NCBI GenBank assembly: GCA_032718475.1
Contig: JAUCBJ010003210.1
Span: 1 to 32,498 of the forward strand
Direction: 5' to 3'
From: Nemertoderma westbladi
Taxonomy: Eukaryota > Animalia > Xenacoelomorpha
DNA: 32,498 nucleotides
In this document: in pieces, positions 1 through 10,430 of the stretch
Layout: every line of letters begins with the position of its first letter
Numbering within the stretch: the first letter of the stretch is position 1
Translations under genes and position numbers: made by a program
Notes under the pieces: model-generated
The model's input: only the letters and a program-made list of their open reading frames with translations
The model's database searches: none
What the model was told of the DNA's origin: nothing

Positions 1-130
1 AATAATCACTAAATAACATTCTACTAAATAAAATTAAAGAAAACGATTATAATAAAATTACATAATAATACATACATAATATAAAATAATAAAAAACAAA
101 TATAAATAATATAGTCACACACCCGCTCCA
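1..130 (-). other. Possible polypurine tract and start of the 3' LTR
   Basis: On the minus strand, just after the stop codon, TGGAGCGGGTG (130-120) is followed by TGTGAC (119-114), the usual PPT-TGT arrangement. No matching 5' LTR copy was found in the window. Confidence 0.4.
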
Positions 131-137
131 TATGTTG

Positions 138-3100
138 TTACGTTATGGAGTCCCTAGATATTTGTCGGATTAGGGAAGTGGTCATGGGAAGAGTATCTTG
201 CCTTCCATAGTTTCCGGACAGTTTTCGGTCTCTTTCCAGTAAACATAAACGACCAGCTGGGCGATTGAGTGGTTGTGTTACTTTCTCCGCTCCCTTGGCT
301 TGTCTAATCTTAGCCGGGGTAAGATGAGGAGGCCATTCATCTTCTTTACTTAGGAAGTCGGGTCCACCTAACCACGCTGGAGTATCTATCAGTTCTTGAG
401 GAGTTGCTCCTCTGGAAGCGATGTCGGCTAGATTGATCGTCTCGGGGCAATGTCTCCATTGATCTACATTGGAGTTGATATCGTCATTATCTGAGGAGTA
501 TGGTGTTCCCTCAGTTGGGTCGTCAACTTCACTGCTCTCCACTTCCCGTTCACTTAATCGATATACCTGTTCTTTTGGTAATCTTTCCATAAGAGTTCTA
601 CGAGAAGGGCCAGTAAAGTACCAACCTACTCTAGTTCTTCCCGCATAAACTTGTAGAGGTTGCGGTTGAGCAGGCCGTTTCTCCAATGTCTCGAGCGCTT
701 CATGCGCATTTTGACCGATGACTATTTGGACTCCAGGGTAATCGGTGTTGAATCTAGGTATTCCAAACTGCTGGGTGAAATCGTCCTCATCCCAGTTATA
801 AGGTTCCACTTGGCTGGTCGCGAAGTTCTTTATCGCTACCATTTTCACTGACCTTATGCTGTGTTCTCCTAGTTCATCCTGGGGGGTGGACAACGCGCCT
901 ACATAATAATCCGCTATTACGGTAGATTTCCAAACTTGCATAATTCCTGACATGTTTAGCTTAGTTCGGAACTTGGGTTGTCCAGCAAAGATGTCTTCGG
1001 CTAGTTCTTTGTCGATGAATGTTCCTGTGCTACCGGAGTCAAGGAGGGCGTTCACTACATAACTCCTTTTAGGTCCATGGACCCTTACCTGTACTACAGG
1101 AAATTCTCGGATTCCTACATTGGAAGGTGGCGCTTTCCAAGATGGTTGTCGATCAGAAGTAGTTAGAGTGAGGTCGCTGTCTGTATCTTTTTCATACGTG
1201 AGTGCTCGATACACTGCGGTATTTATCATGTAACAGGATTCGTTTTCGTCGGAGAACTCGTCCGTATAGAATCCTTCCATCTCAGATTGATCAGTGTCGT
1301 TCACATCACTGAATTGGACATGTAGTTCGGAATCACTTACCTGACTCGGACTATTTTGCTCGAATTCAGTGTGCAACAAGATATGATGTTTCGCACCGCA
1401 CTTTGCACACCTTGTGTCGGAGTAAGAGGTTCGCCGTTGGTGTCCTCGTCTGAGACAATTATAACACAACCGCTTATCCCACATGACTTCCCGTCTCTCC
1501 GCTAATGATTTCTTCAGGAATTCATCACACATATTCAAACGGTGGGGCCCGTCGCACAACACACATTTGGGCTTGATGTTACTTACTTTAACATGCGCTG
1601 TGTGGTGCACGCTCGTTCTTTCCTCGGGCTTTCTCACCTGAATTCTCTTGGGAGACGTAGGAGGAGTTTTTCTTACCTGTTCTCTCCTGTCATTGGTTCG
1701 AGACTTGAATTTACTTACCTGTTCTTTAGGCGTTTTATTGACATAATAAGCTCTTTCAGTGTCTTTCCCGCTATCCTCTCCTTGAGAAGTCTGGCTTTCG
1801 CTGTCGTCTGTATAACACACTGGTATTACCCTTCTCCTAGAAACGGGTTTCTCACTTACCTTGTTTTCCAGTGTCTTCTCTCTGGACTGCCTTAGGAGCT
1901 GTAATTTCACTTCTCTATCTAAGAATGACATGAGATCAGCCATGGTAGGGTCTCGTCGTTGTTGTTCCATCATATATAACACTTTCTTGTCCCAGCGTGT
2001 ACCTACTCCACCCTTGGGCAAAGTAGATGCTAAGGCTCCTACAACCATAGAATTCTTGTATTCATGAGACTTACCTAACCAATCTAGTTGTCTACAGATC
2101 TCCTGAATCTCGTCGGAAAACTCTATAATCCCGCTGCTAAGAAACTTTCGGGGCGCCATTAATTTCGCATATAAATACCTAGCTATGTTAGTCCTATTAC
2201 CATACCTGATGTTTAGTGTATCCCAAACTTGTCTTAATCCATCTGGATGTCCAATAAACCTTGACGCCATTAACTTGGGAGATCCTTCCAAGCACTCGAT
2301 GAGGAATCTAAGTTTCTCTCCGTTGGATAGCACAGAGTTCTGTATGTTATCTTTGTAATATTCATTAAAAGGTAACCATTTCATCTCATCTCCATTGAAC
2401 TTGACTATCTCTCCAACCTTTACCGCTTGCCGGGCTTCGGTTCTAGCCATTTGACGCGTAAAACTTTCTTGGGCCATCGTGTTATTTAATATCGAGTTAT
2501 CGGTATAGAAATTTCTCGGATTATGATCCGGTCTATAGGGAATATCATTATCAACAGGTCTATAATTACCCTTAATAGGGTTGACTATAGGAGTTTCTAC
2601 TTCGCTAGCAGTATATATGCGTGTAGGCTCCATACCTTGCGCATGAGATACTTCAGACCTAACAGGTTGACACATTGTTACAGGGGGTGGTGGTATACCC
2701 CTTTGTGTATTTACTAATTTATCGCGTTCTAGCGCGATACTTTGCTGCACTTCTTGCAACTCTAACCTACTTTCCCTTACTGTGCCCTTGAATTGCTGAA
2801 CGGTCTCCTGCATCTGTCCGAGCAGGAGATCCATCCCCCGTCGTCTCTCATCCACCCATTCGACCGCCGAAGCGGGATTCGCCAACGTTGTAGCGGGCGG
2901 ACGAGGGACAACGGGCGACAAATCATGAATATTTCGCTCGGAGTCCAGGGCATGAACTGTCTCATGGGCTGTTCTGCTGGGCACAGGTAGCTTGGTACTG
3001 TGCAAAGGGAATTTAGAGGTAGGTTCAGGGAGTACAGGTGTCTCTACCACCGAAAGGGTGGCTTCGGGAACAGGCCTAACTATTTCAGGCTCATCTACTA

Positions 3101-4718
3101 TAGTAGGGAGTCTTTCTATTATAATTATTTGGTCTGTGGGTTCTGTACTACCTAAGTTGGTGTTATTTAGTTGCCTTCTAACAGCTGGGGGCAAATCAGG
3201 CAATTTCTGACGGTGGGACATTCTTTTACGTCTGCTTAGGCGAGATCGATTTCCTCCGCCTTCAGTGTCGGTGGTATCGCCTTCCTCAGATGATGTATAA
3301 CCTTGTCTTTTGGGAGTAGATCGATTCATCATCTGCATATTACTAGCTGTTAACTGTTTATTAAAGTTGTCTTGTCTCTCTTGAAGATTTTCCAACTCTA
3401 GTTGGGTTGTCTCTTCAGATGCCCTCCGTTCTGCTTCTGCCACTGCTATTTTTCTTTCCGCTTCGGCTGCCTTTCTTTCCGCTTCTGCCGCTGCCACTGC
3501 CGCTGCTGCTGTCTTTCTATCTTCTATACGTTTTTTCTTTACTTGTTCTTCTTGAACCTTAGCGATGCGGATACTTTCATCAAATTTAGCTTGGTTCGCA
3601 GCTATCCTATCCACATCAATTGAGTCCAACACACGCTGGGCTCCTTCACTATTAGGGCTAAGTCCATCTAACCTTCTCCTCAACTCTTCATCTCCTAAAA
3701 AACGCTGATAGTCTGACAGATAGATGTCAATGGCATCCCTCTTATGCGGTTTCTCTGCCGTCGCTTCACTTTCCACTTGGGAAAAAGTAGCGTCTGTTGA
3801 TTCTCCATGGGTTGAGCGCTCCTCCAGCTGAGCTTTCCACTGAGCTGTTCCTTGAACCTGGAGACTCACCCGTTGAAACCAAGTCTTTACGGCAACTTGC
3901 AACGACGTGTCTTGTCTTCTTTTAGAAGCCTCCTCAAAGGCCGATAAGATTAGTCTGATTCGCAGAATTCTTTCTCTAACTTGATAAAGCAGTTGTCCCT
4001 GCTCTTGAGGTCCTTGTGGTTGTTGAAACAGTTGTCCTTTTACTCGCTCCATAGAGCTGAAGAATCCCTGTGCGTATCCGGCTGCGGACCTCTTCCACAC
4101 AGCTGGATCGATGGTTTCCTTGGCTACTCCCATCCGGTGTATGTCTTCCCAGGCAGCTTCTGATAAATCAAACGGGAGTCCGGGTCCGGGGAAGTTCCAT
4201 TGCGACTCGACAATAGACTTCAGTTCTTCCCTTGTGTATCCCGCATAACTATCTTTAGTTGATCGCTGACTTCTCGCCCAATCGATCTGGTGTTTTTCCA
4301 CTGCGATCAATATCCTAGTGAGTACGGCTGCAGGAAGGATGAGAAGGGGATCCGAATAAACCGCATCCGTCATCTTTGCTCCGCACTCGGGTGTCAGCTC
4401 TACAGTATCCTCACTACTGGAGCTGTCGGGCCGCTGAGAAATAAGTTCTTGGCTCGCGGGTTGTTGCTGTTCCGCTGCTTCTTGGTCCCGCTTGACCTGA
4501 GCTCGAGTGCCTATGATAGACCTATGGTGTTGGACCAGCCTAGGTTCTGATATTACTACTGGAGGGATGACCTTCTTCACAGTGGGAGGTGACTTGGACT
4601 TTGGTCTCAGACGCTCTATACTCTTAGCTGAGTCCCAGATCTTTTTAAGACCCTGTCTAACACTCATTCTAGCACTTTCTAAGAGGCTATCTGACAATGT
4701 TTGTTTTGTGTCAGACAT
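138..4718 (-). CDS. BEL/Pao LTR-retrotransposon Gag-protease polyprotein with in-frame loss of most of pol (RT, RNase H and integrase)
   Basis: Uninterrupted 1526-aa ORF. It has a DUF1759-like Gag core (KFNGDEMKWLPF...EKLRFLIECLEG...RYGN), the BEL-type triple Cys/His cluster (CVLCDGPHRLNMC, CYNCLRRGH, CAKCGAKHHILLH) and an aspartic protease site (ALLDSGS, ~1029-1049). These are followed directly by the Pao RNase H C-terminal motif (QWRHCPETINLADIASRG...WLGGPDFL...EWP) and the integrase C-terminal motif (RPAGRLCLLE). No YxDD RT motif or DDE core is visible. Confidence 0.9.
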   Translation of the reverse strand: MSDTKQTLSDSLLESARMSVRQGLKKIWDSAKSIERLRPKSKSPPTVKKVIPPVVISEPRLVQHHRSIIGTRAQVKRDQEAAEQQQPASQELISQRPDSSSSEDTVELTPECGAKMTDAVYSDPLLILPAAVLTRILIAVEKHQIDWARSQRSTKDSYAGYTREELKSIVESQWNFPGPGLPFDLSEAAWEDIHRMGVAKETIDPAVWKRSAAGYAQGFFSSMERVKGQLFQQPQGPQEQGQLLYQVRERILRIRLILSAFEEASKRRQDTSLQVAVKTWFQRVSLQVQGTAQWKAQLEERSTHGESTDATFSQVESEATAEKPHKRDAIDIYLSDYQRFLGDEELRRRLDGLSPNSEGAQRVLDSIDVDRIAANQAKFDESIRIAKVQEEQVKKKRIEDRKTAAAAVAAAEAERKAAEAERKIAVAEAERRASEETTQLELENLQERQDNFNKQLTASNMQMMNRSTPKRQGYTSSEEGDTTDTEGGGNRSRLSRRKRMSHRQKLPDLPPAVRRQLNNTNLGSTEPTDQIIIIERLPTIVDEPEIVRPVPEATLSVVETPVLPEPTSKFPLHSTKLPVPSRTAHETVHALDSERNIHDLSPVVPRPPATTLANPASAVEWVDERRRGMDLLLGQMQETVQQFKGTVRESRLELQEVQQSIALERDKLVNTQRGIPPPPVTMCQPVRSEVSHAQGMEPTRIYTASEVETPIVNPIKGNYRPVDNDIPYRPDHNPRNFYTDNSILNNTMAQESFTRQMARTEARQAVKVGEIVKFNGDEMKWLPFNEYYKDNIQNSVLSNGEKLRFLIECLEGSPKLMASRFIGHPDGLRQVWDTLNIRYGNRTNIARYLYAKLMAPRKFLSSGIIEFSDEIQEICRQLDWLGKSHEYKNSMVVGALASTLPKGGVGTRWDKKVLYMMEQQRRDPTMADLMSFLDREVKLQLLRQSREKTLENKVSEKPVSRRRVIPVCYTDDSESQTSQGEDSGKDTERAYYVNKTPKEQVSKFKSRTNDRREQVRKTPPTSPKRIQVRKPEERTSVHHTAHVKVSNIKPKCVLCDGPHRLNMCDEFLKKSLAERREVMWDKRLCYNCLRRGHQRRTSYSDTRCAKCGAKHHILLHTEFEQNSPSQVSDSELHVQFSDVNDTDQSEMEGFYTDEFSDENESCYMINTAVYRALTYEKDTDSDLTLTTSDRQPSWKAPPSNVGIREFPVVQVRVHGPKRSYVVNALLDSGSTGTFIDKELAEDIFAGQPKFRTKLNMSGIMQVWKSTVIADYYVGALSTPQDELGEHSIRSVKMVAIKNFATSQVEPYNWDEDDFTQQFGIPRFNTDYPGVQIVIGQNAHEALETLEKRPAQPQPLQVYAGRTRVGWYFTGPSRRTLMERLPKEQVYRLSEREVESSEVDDPTEGTPYSSDNDDINSNVDQWRHCPETINLADIASRGATPQELIDTPAWLGGPDFLSKEDEWPPHLTPAKIRQAKGAEKVTQPLNRPAGRLCLLERDRKLSGNYGRQDTLPMTTSLIRQISRDSIT

Positions 4719-4852
4719 GTTTGATTGTACAGTTGAATTCCTACTGCTATATTACAGTCTAAGCAAGTCTAGTAATTCAGCATTAACTGCTAGCCTAGTA
4801 ATTAATTACCGATACTGCTACTCAGTGTAGCGTGATATATATATAATATTAG

Positions 4853-4979
4853 AATACCGGTATGCTTATAGTATATATAAGTATTATTAGTAACTAGAAT
4901 TAATTACAGAATACCGGTATGATTTAAGCCTAAAATTTATAGAAATAAATATAATAAGCCTATTGTAAATACCGGTATG
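4853..4979. repeat. Three copies of AATACCGGTATG spaced 57-58 bp apart (degenerate tandem repeat)
   Basis: Motif starts at 4853, 4910 and 4968. Confidence 0.7.
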
Positions 4980-6215
4980 TCAATTATTTTAGAATAATTG
5001 AATTTCTGAATTTTAAGGGTTACTTGGTTACTTTAACTTACTTTATTACCGTTATTTAAGCAGTAGTCCAACTGATATTGAGACCTAATTGTTGTATGGC
5101 AGGCCTACTATTTATAAATCGTTTGAGTTGATTTATAATATATATATACCCGTTTAATGGGTTTTGTCAATGTTTGAAATAAATGTTATTATTTCTGGGG
5201 GAGTCACCACACATAAGCTGTGCGCTCTCAGTGGAGTGCTACTTGTTAGACACTAAAACAAATAATTCTAATTTACCTAAGTTACTTAATACTACAAATT
5301 ACGTACAATTCGGGTTGAGATTACAATCTCTAAATAAACACAAAAATTTAATTACAAATACACAAATACGAACTTTTAGGGTAATTTTACAAGAAGTCTA
5401 CTAACCAGCCTAACAAAGGGTTAGAATATCTGGTTATTACAACTGACAGGTTACTACGGTATTTGAAAATAATAAGTAGTAGTAAATATACTGCGTTGTC
5501 CAGATAGGAAAATACCACCGCCTGACGACCTATAACCGTATCGCTATAGGTACTACGTTATGTATCACGGAGTGTTCCTACCTAGAGATTAATTACCGCG
5601 GTCTACCAGAACCAACGTGCCTATTAACCACTTTACAACACAAATATACTGCCTACACACTAATCACCCTCGGAAAGTACTGTACACTAAACCCTAAATT
5701 AGGTACAAGTACTTGTACGACAAATAATTAGTAGTTAAAAATACTTGAACAGCTAAAAGAACCACGGTATCTGCCGGAGTGACCAAAGCATAAAATCTCC
5801 AGTCTTTACCTACGCCGAGCAGCCCTGATGTAGTACCGGGGTTAGTTTAACTATAACGGTATGTATAACAAACACAATTACTGTAGGAATAAACTTGGGG
5901 ATATGAATGTTGCGAATAATCGCATAAACTCTGAATAATAAATATTACGCTACGCGTACAGACTATTCAAACAAAATGCAGACCAAATACTGACAGACTA
6001 CTATCAAGCCTAAACAAACTACGGTATATGCAGACTCCGAAATGATTAGTTAGTATGCGTTCTAACCCAGTAGTACGACTTATTCTTTCACAGGGGGTTT
6101 ACCTCACAGCACTTGAAGCCCCTACTTTCCTAACTTAGCACTTTATCGGACATATGCTCTACACACACCGAAATTTCCTCAAACCCAACAACAGCCAGAC
6201 AACTATCCAGCCTAC

Positions 6216-8652
6216 TACTACTACTACTAGGATCGGCATGCTGCATTGCAGCTGCATTTTTAAGAATGCTGTGCCGGCTTGTCAACAAAATTGCACCGCC
6301 ACAACTCCCTATCACCCATGACATTTGCTAGATCATCCGCATCTTTAAGGCCAGTGTCCTTTAAGATGCGTCTCAAGAAAGTCATGGGCTGTCCACCATG
6401 CTTATTCACTCCATGAGGCTGCCAAAGTACAAGATTATGCACTGGCTGGTCCTCACGGCGAAAGCAATGTCCTGCAAAGCGGAGGCGATTTTGTTCTAGT
6501 GTCAAGCTTGGGGGAACCAATGAGACACCTCCAATGTTATATAGTGTCTGGTTGGAGATGTGTGCATTGTACTTGACACAATGAACCCGGCGTAGCATTC
6601 TTGTGAATGTGCCATCCAGAGATTTGGTGTCCTCAGCAGTTAGAGCCCAGCATGGACTCCCGTAGAGGAGTACTGGAACTACTGCTGCTCTAAATAATCG
6701 GACCTTAAGTTTCCGATTAATTCTCGGTGACTTCCAAATCCTGGAAAGCCTATTCAAGGCTGCCCATGCCTTTCCCTTACGTATTCGAAGGTCCTCACCT
6801 GACTTCCGGATCCATGATCCCAGGTAACAGAAGTCGTCCACATGCTCAAGCATACCATCCTTTGAGCTTATGCTCATCCGATCAGAGACTTGCTGAGGAC
6901 TTTCAAAGTTAACTGTCAGAATTTTGGTCTTTCTGGAGTTAATAAAAAGACCAACACTAGAAGCAGCATGTTCTAATGAGCTGAGGAGCCGTTGGGCTCC
7001 CTCTAATGATTCTGAGAGTACTCCTAAGTCATCAGCAAAGTCTAGATCAGTTAGGTACTTGGCAGGATTTCCTCGACTTCTGGAGCCAGTAGGTGGAGTT
7101 ATCATCACCCCATCATCATTATAATGATCTAAGGACATGCGTAGAACATAGTCAACCACAATAATGAACAAGAATGGTGCAAGTGTGTCTCCTTGGAGGA
7201 CGCCCCATAACACTTCAAATGGTTCTGTGTCACCATCAACAGTAGACACAAATGTTGTCGAACCATCGTATACTGATCTGATTGCTGCAATAATTTCATC
7301 AGGAATCCCATATAATGAAAGTATGGTGAACATACGTGAGCGAGAGACTGAATCAAAGGCCTTGAAGAAGTCAACAAAGATAACAGCCAGATGCCTGTCT
7401 TTCTTTTTTGATAACTCTTCAATTATCCTTCTAAGTGCCAAAATGGGCTCCATGGTCCCACGACCTTTACGGAACCCATTCTGATTTCCACGGAGCAGTC
7501 TCTCAATGGGATCCCTGATGCGATTTAATAGAATCCTATTGTATAGCTTTGCAGCAATCGAGATCAATGAGATTCCCCGAAAAGAACCATAGAGTGTTAG
7601 GTTGCCCTTCTTGGGAACTGGCACCAACTTATTTGTTTTCATTTCTTGTGGGACTCTTGTTGTTCGGTACATGTCTACTATGATGGGATAGATGAGCTTT
7701 AAACACTCAGGTATTTTAAAGACCTCAGGGGGAACACCATCTACTCCACTGGCACGATTGGTCTTAATGCTCTTTGCAGCAGCCTTCACTTCTGCAAAGG
7801 AGATATCGCCAATGGGAATATCTGGGAGTACAGACTCAGACACTTTTACTTCTATAAAGTTATCAGGCAATACCCTGTCATTATTGAGGAGCTTTTCAAA
7901 GTGGGCTTTCCAACCATTGAGGCGATCGGCTGGTGATTCAGCCTTAACCTTGGTGGTTGGTTGGCTTTTCCGCCCAGTAAGCAGATTGATCGATTTCCAT
8001 GCCTGGGATGATTGCCTGCTGTCGTCAGCATCATTGATGGCATCAACCTGTTGGTTTATTAGCTCCTGTAGATTAGCAGAATACTGCCTGTTCAGGGACC
8101 TAGAAGCAGCCTTAACTGCATTCTTGGCCGCTGTAGTCTGTTTGAGTCGGGACTCTTTCTGCGCCTTATGAAGGTCATTTCGGCACTTCTGAATTTTGTT
8201 GTCAGTCCAGGGGGCCCTTTTCTTGTTTCGAGGGTATACAGGAACTGTTTCTGCAGCTGCTAACTTAACTGCTTCTGTAAAGGCAGTATAGCCCTCACAG
8301 TGATCTGCCGCCTCAGAGGCAAGAGCCTCATACCTGTTGCTCAGCTGTAGTGTGAAGCTGGATCTCACACTTGGCTGTTGCAACAGAGAGGACCAGTCAT
8401 GCCGCGGCAAGGCAGATTTAGTTGTTCTGCTAGCACGCAGACTAAGTCTTACCTTGGCCACAATAAGGCGGTGATCACTGGAGAGGGGTCGAAGTGTAAA
8501 TGCATTACAGTCTTGTATAGAGCTCCTGTATTTCCTACGAAACAGAATATGGTCTATCTGGGACTTGTGACCACTGGGTCCACTATGAGTCCATAGCTTT
8601 CCAGTTCGCTTCTTGAACTGGGTTCCAGCCGAAAACAATCCATTTCCAGAGA
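6216..8652 (-). mobile_element. 5'-truncated RTE-clade non-LTR retrotransposon (family 1)
   Basis: 12-bp TSD TATCCAGCCTAC at 6204-6215 and 8653-8664. The 3' UTR is ~30 nt and ends in a (TAG)n tail at ~6216-6229. Single EN-RT ORF. Confidence 0.93.
6260..8638 (-). CDS. N-terminally truncated APE endonuclease plus reverse transcriptase ORF of the RTE element
   Basis: EN C-terminal motifs (WTH, QIDHIL, SDHRL) and RT motifs (PKKG, FRGISL, QNGFRKGR, FVDFFKAFDSV, GVLQGDTLAPFLF, DLDFADD, YLG). No stops in 792 aa. The listed start is not a genuine initiator. Confidence 0.9.
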   Translation of the reverse strand: MFSAGTQFKKRTGKLWTHSGPSGHKSQIDHILFRRKYRSSIQDCNAFTLRPLSSDHRLIVAKVRLSLRASRTTKSALPRHDWSSLLQQPSVRSSFTLQLSNRYEALASEAADHCEGYTAFTEAVKLAAAETVPVYPRNKKRAPWTDNKIQKCRNDLHKAQKESRLKQTTAAKNAVKAASRSLNRQYSANLQELINQQVDAINDADDSRQSSQAWKSINLLTGRKSQPTTKVKAESPADRLNGWKAHFEKLLNNDRVLPDNFIEVKVSESVLPDIPIGDISFAEVKAAAKSIKTNRASGVDGVPPEVFKIPECLKLIYPIIVDMYRTTRVPQEMKTNKLVPVPKKGNLTLYGSFRGISLISIAAKLYNRILLNRIRDPIERLLRGNQNGFRKGRGTMEPILALRRIIEELSKKKDRHLAVIFVDFFKAFDSVSRSRMFTILSLYGIPDEIIAAIRSVYDGSTTFVSTVDGDTEPFEVLWGVLQGDTLAPFLFIIVVDYVLRMSLDHYNDDGVMITPPTGSRSRGNPAKYLTDLDFADDLGVLSESLEGAQRLLSSLEHAASSVGLFINSRKTKILTVNFESPQQVSDRMSISSKDGMLEHVDDFCYLGSWIRKSGEDLRIRKGKAWAALNRLSRIWKSPRINRKLKVRLFRAAVVPVLLYGSPCWALTAEDTKSLDGTFTRMLRRVHCVKYNAHISNQTLYNIGGVSLVPPSLTLEQNRLRFAGHCFRREDQPVHNLVLWQPHGVNKHGGQPMTFLRRILKDTGLKDADDLANVMGDRELWRCNFVDKPAQHS

Positions 8653-10430
8653 TATCCAGCCTACAAATTATCTAAATAATAACTATTACGGTACCTGAAC
8701 AGACCACACAAACAAACACAGGCCAAAACGTTGGCAGAATACTGTCAAGCCTAAATAAACTACAGTATGTGCAGATTCCAAAATGATTAGTTAGTATGCG
8801 TTCTAACCCAGTAGTACGACTTATTCTTTCACAGGGGGTTTACCTCACAGCACTTGAAGCCCCTACTTTCCTAACTAGCACTTCATCGGACAGATGCTCT
8901 ACACACACTGCAATCCGTTCAGACTTAACAACAGTTAGACAACAGTCAAGCCTACAAATTATCTGTACAATCTGAGCAGGCTTACACGCCTTCTGCTCAA
9001 TACTGGCTTACAAATAAATAAAACTGACAGAAATAGGCCTAAGTAAAATCCCAATAAAAACCAGGCGTCCCCGATTATTTATTAAGACCTACCGGTATAT
9101 AATAATCAAATCGAATAATACTGCTGTACCTGTACTGCTGTAGGTACCGGTCCGGGTGATCAGGCAGTCAGGCCTACTGGTTACCGGTCGACCGGTACTT
9201 TCGACTAGATTGCTTACACCGCAATCCAGAAGCTATATCTGTTATTGTTTGCGCTTTTAAGACCTTTGACAGTTTAACCTGCCAAATTAGGATGTCTTTT
9301 AGATGATATATAGTCTTTAGCTTATGACGAGTATTTGATACACTACATTAGCCGAAGCCAGTCTATGCGCAATCATTCACCCGCTGGATATACCCGGGAG
9401 ACTGAATTCGGAAGCTTAATGATTGATGGTGTAAGCCTACTGTATTATTCGACTGATCGTAATATACAATCTCTGACAAATATTATTCACTTTCGGGAAA
9501 TATTAACAGTTCCTTTAGGACGTGGCGCTCTAAATATGTAAACAGAGTTATGACTTAAACTAGACACAATGAAAAGGCTATAGATTCACGTATATGGCGC
9601 ATTCTTTAGGAGATGCTTTGTTATCAGTTACAATCATACACAATGCTGCACAATACTGCACACTAATCTGCCGACCTTCACTAAATTTAGTCACGTATAA
9701 AGAGAGCAACATACAATTTATGTCGGGCCTATGAAATAGCATTAGATTCACTTCAAACCACTTAACATAGGTCGCAATCGTTTATCTGTAACCTGTATCA
9801 AGAAGGTTGGGTGTCTGACTATTGATCAGTATTCCGATATAATATTTCATCAACAAATATAATGAATAACCGACAGTAAAAGCAGTAATATTAGTAAGAT
9901 ATGCATGATATGTTTAGTTATGGTTTGAATTGCATTGTTAGTATGAATTGCATTGATATGTATGATAACAGATATACGTTCTATAATTAAGCCTACTAAT
10001 GTTAAACTAAAGACTGAAACACGGAGGTGCCAAAAGCCGGTGTTCTTAGGCTCTGGGCAAAAACATAACACTGAATTCCTGAGTTTCTGTATCCACCTCC
10101 AACACAGAGACAAAAAACGCTCTGATTGGTCGACCGAACAACGAGAGAACAAAGAAACAAAGAAATGTCGACGTGGCAATATCAGCTGTTAGCCGTCGTC
10201 ATGGTAGCGACACTGTTTTCAAGAGTATCTAGCTTATTGCGTCACGAAATTGCGGATTATGTCCTCTAAAGTACAAATACAGAAGAAATGGCTTTTATGT
10301 CCTCTAAAACACCAGCACAGCAAGGACACGGCCTTTTTATGCCTGGTAAACCAACCACAGAGTACTTTACGGGGAAAATAACCGGCTAATTACGCAAAAG
10401 CTTTTACACCTGAAGATCTGAGAGATAAAG

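Larger units (their letters stand above)
1..4718 (-). mobile_element. Non-autonomous (internally deleted) BEL/Pao LTR retrotransposon; 5' boundary not resolved
   Basis: Domain content of the ORF. The element probably extends upstream into 4719-~9200 and downstream beyond the window start. Confidence 0.85.
5934..8965. repeat. ~292-bp tandem duplication whose first unit is split by a LINE insertion
   Basis: ~5934-6215 aligns with ~8675-8956 at offset 2741. Subtracting the 2449-bp insertion plus TSD gives a 292-bp period. Positions 6040-6135 and 8781-8876 are identical. Confidence 0.9.

Noticed and set aside
5934-8965. Direct repeats flanking the RT ORF read as LTRs
   Set aside because: The ORF is EN-RT (non-LTR) with its own TSD and tail. 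The repeats become a simple tandem duplication once the insert is removed.
9850-10192. Two overlapping ~80-110 aa ORFs and CCAAT/CRE-like motifs nearby
   Set aside because: No recognisable domain or splice support, and such short motifs are expected by chance.
4719-10430. 5' LTR and primer-binding site of the BEL element
   Set aside because: I found no copy of 1-119 and no convincing tRNA 3'-end match, so the 5' boundary is left uncalled.
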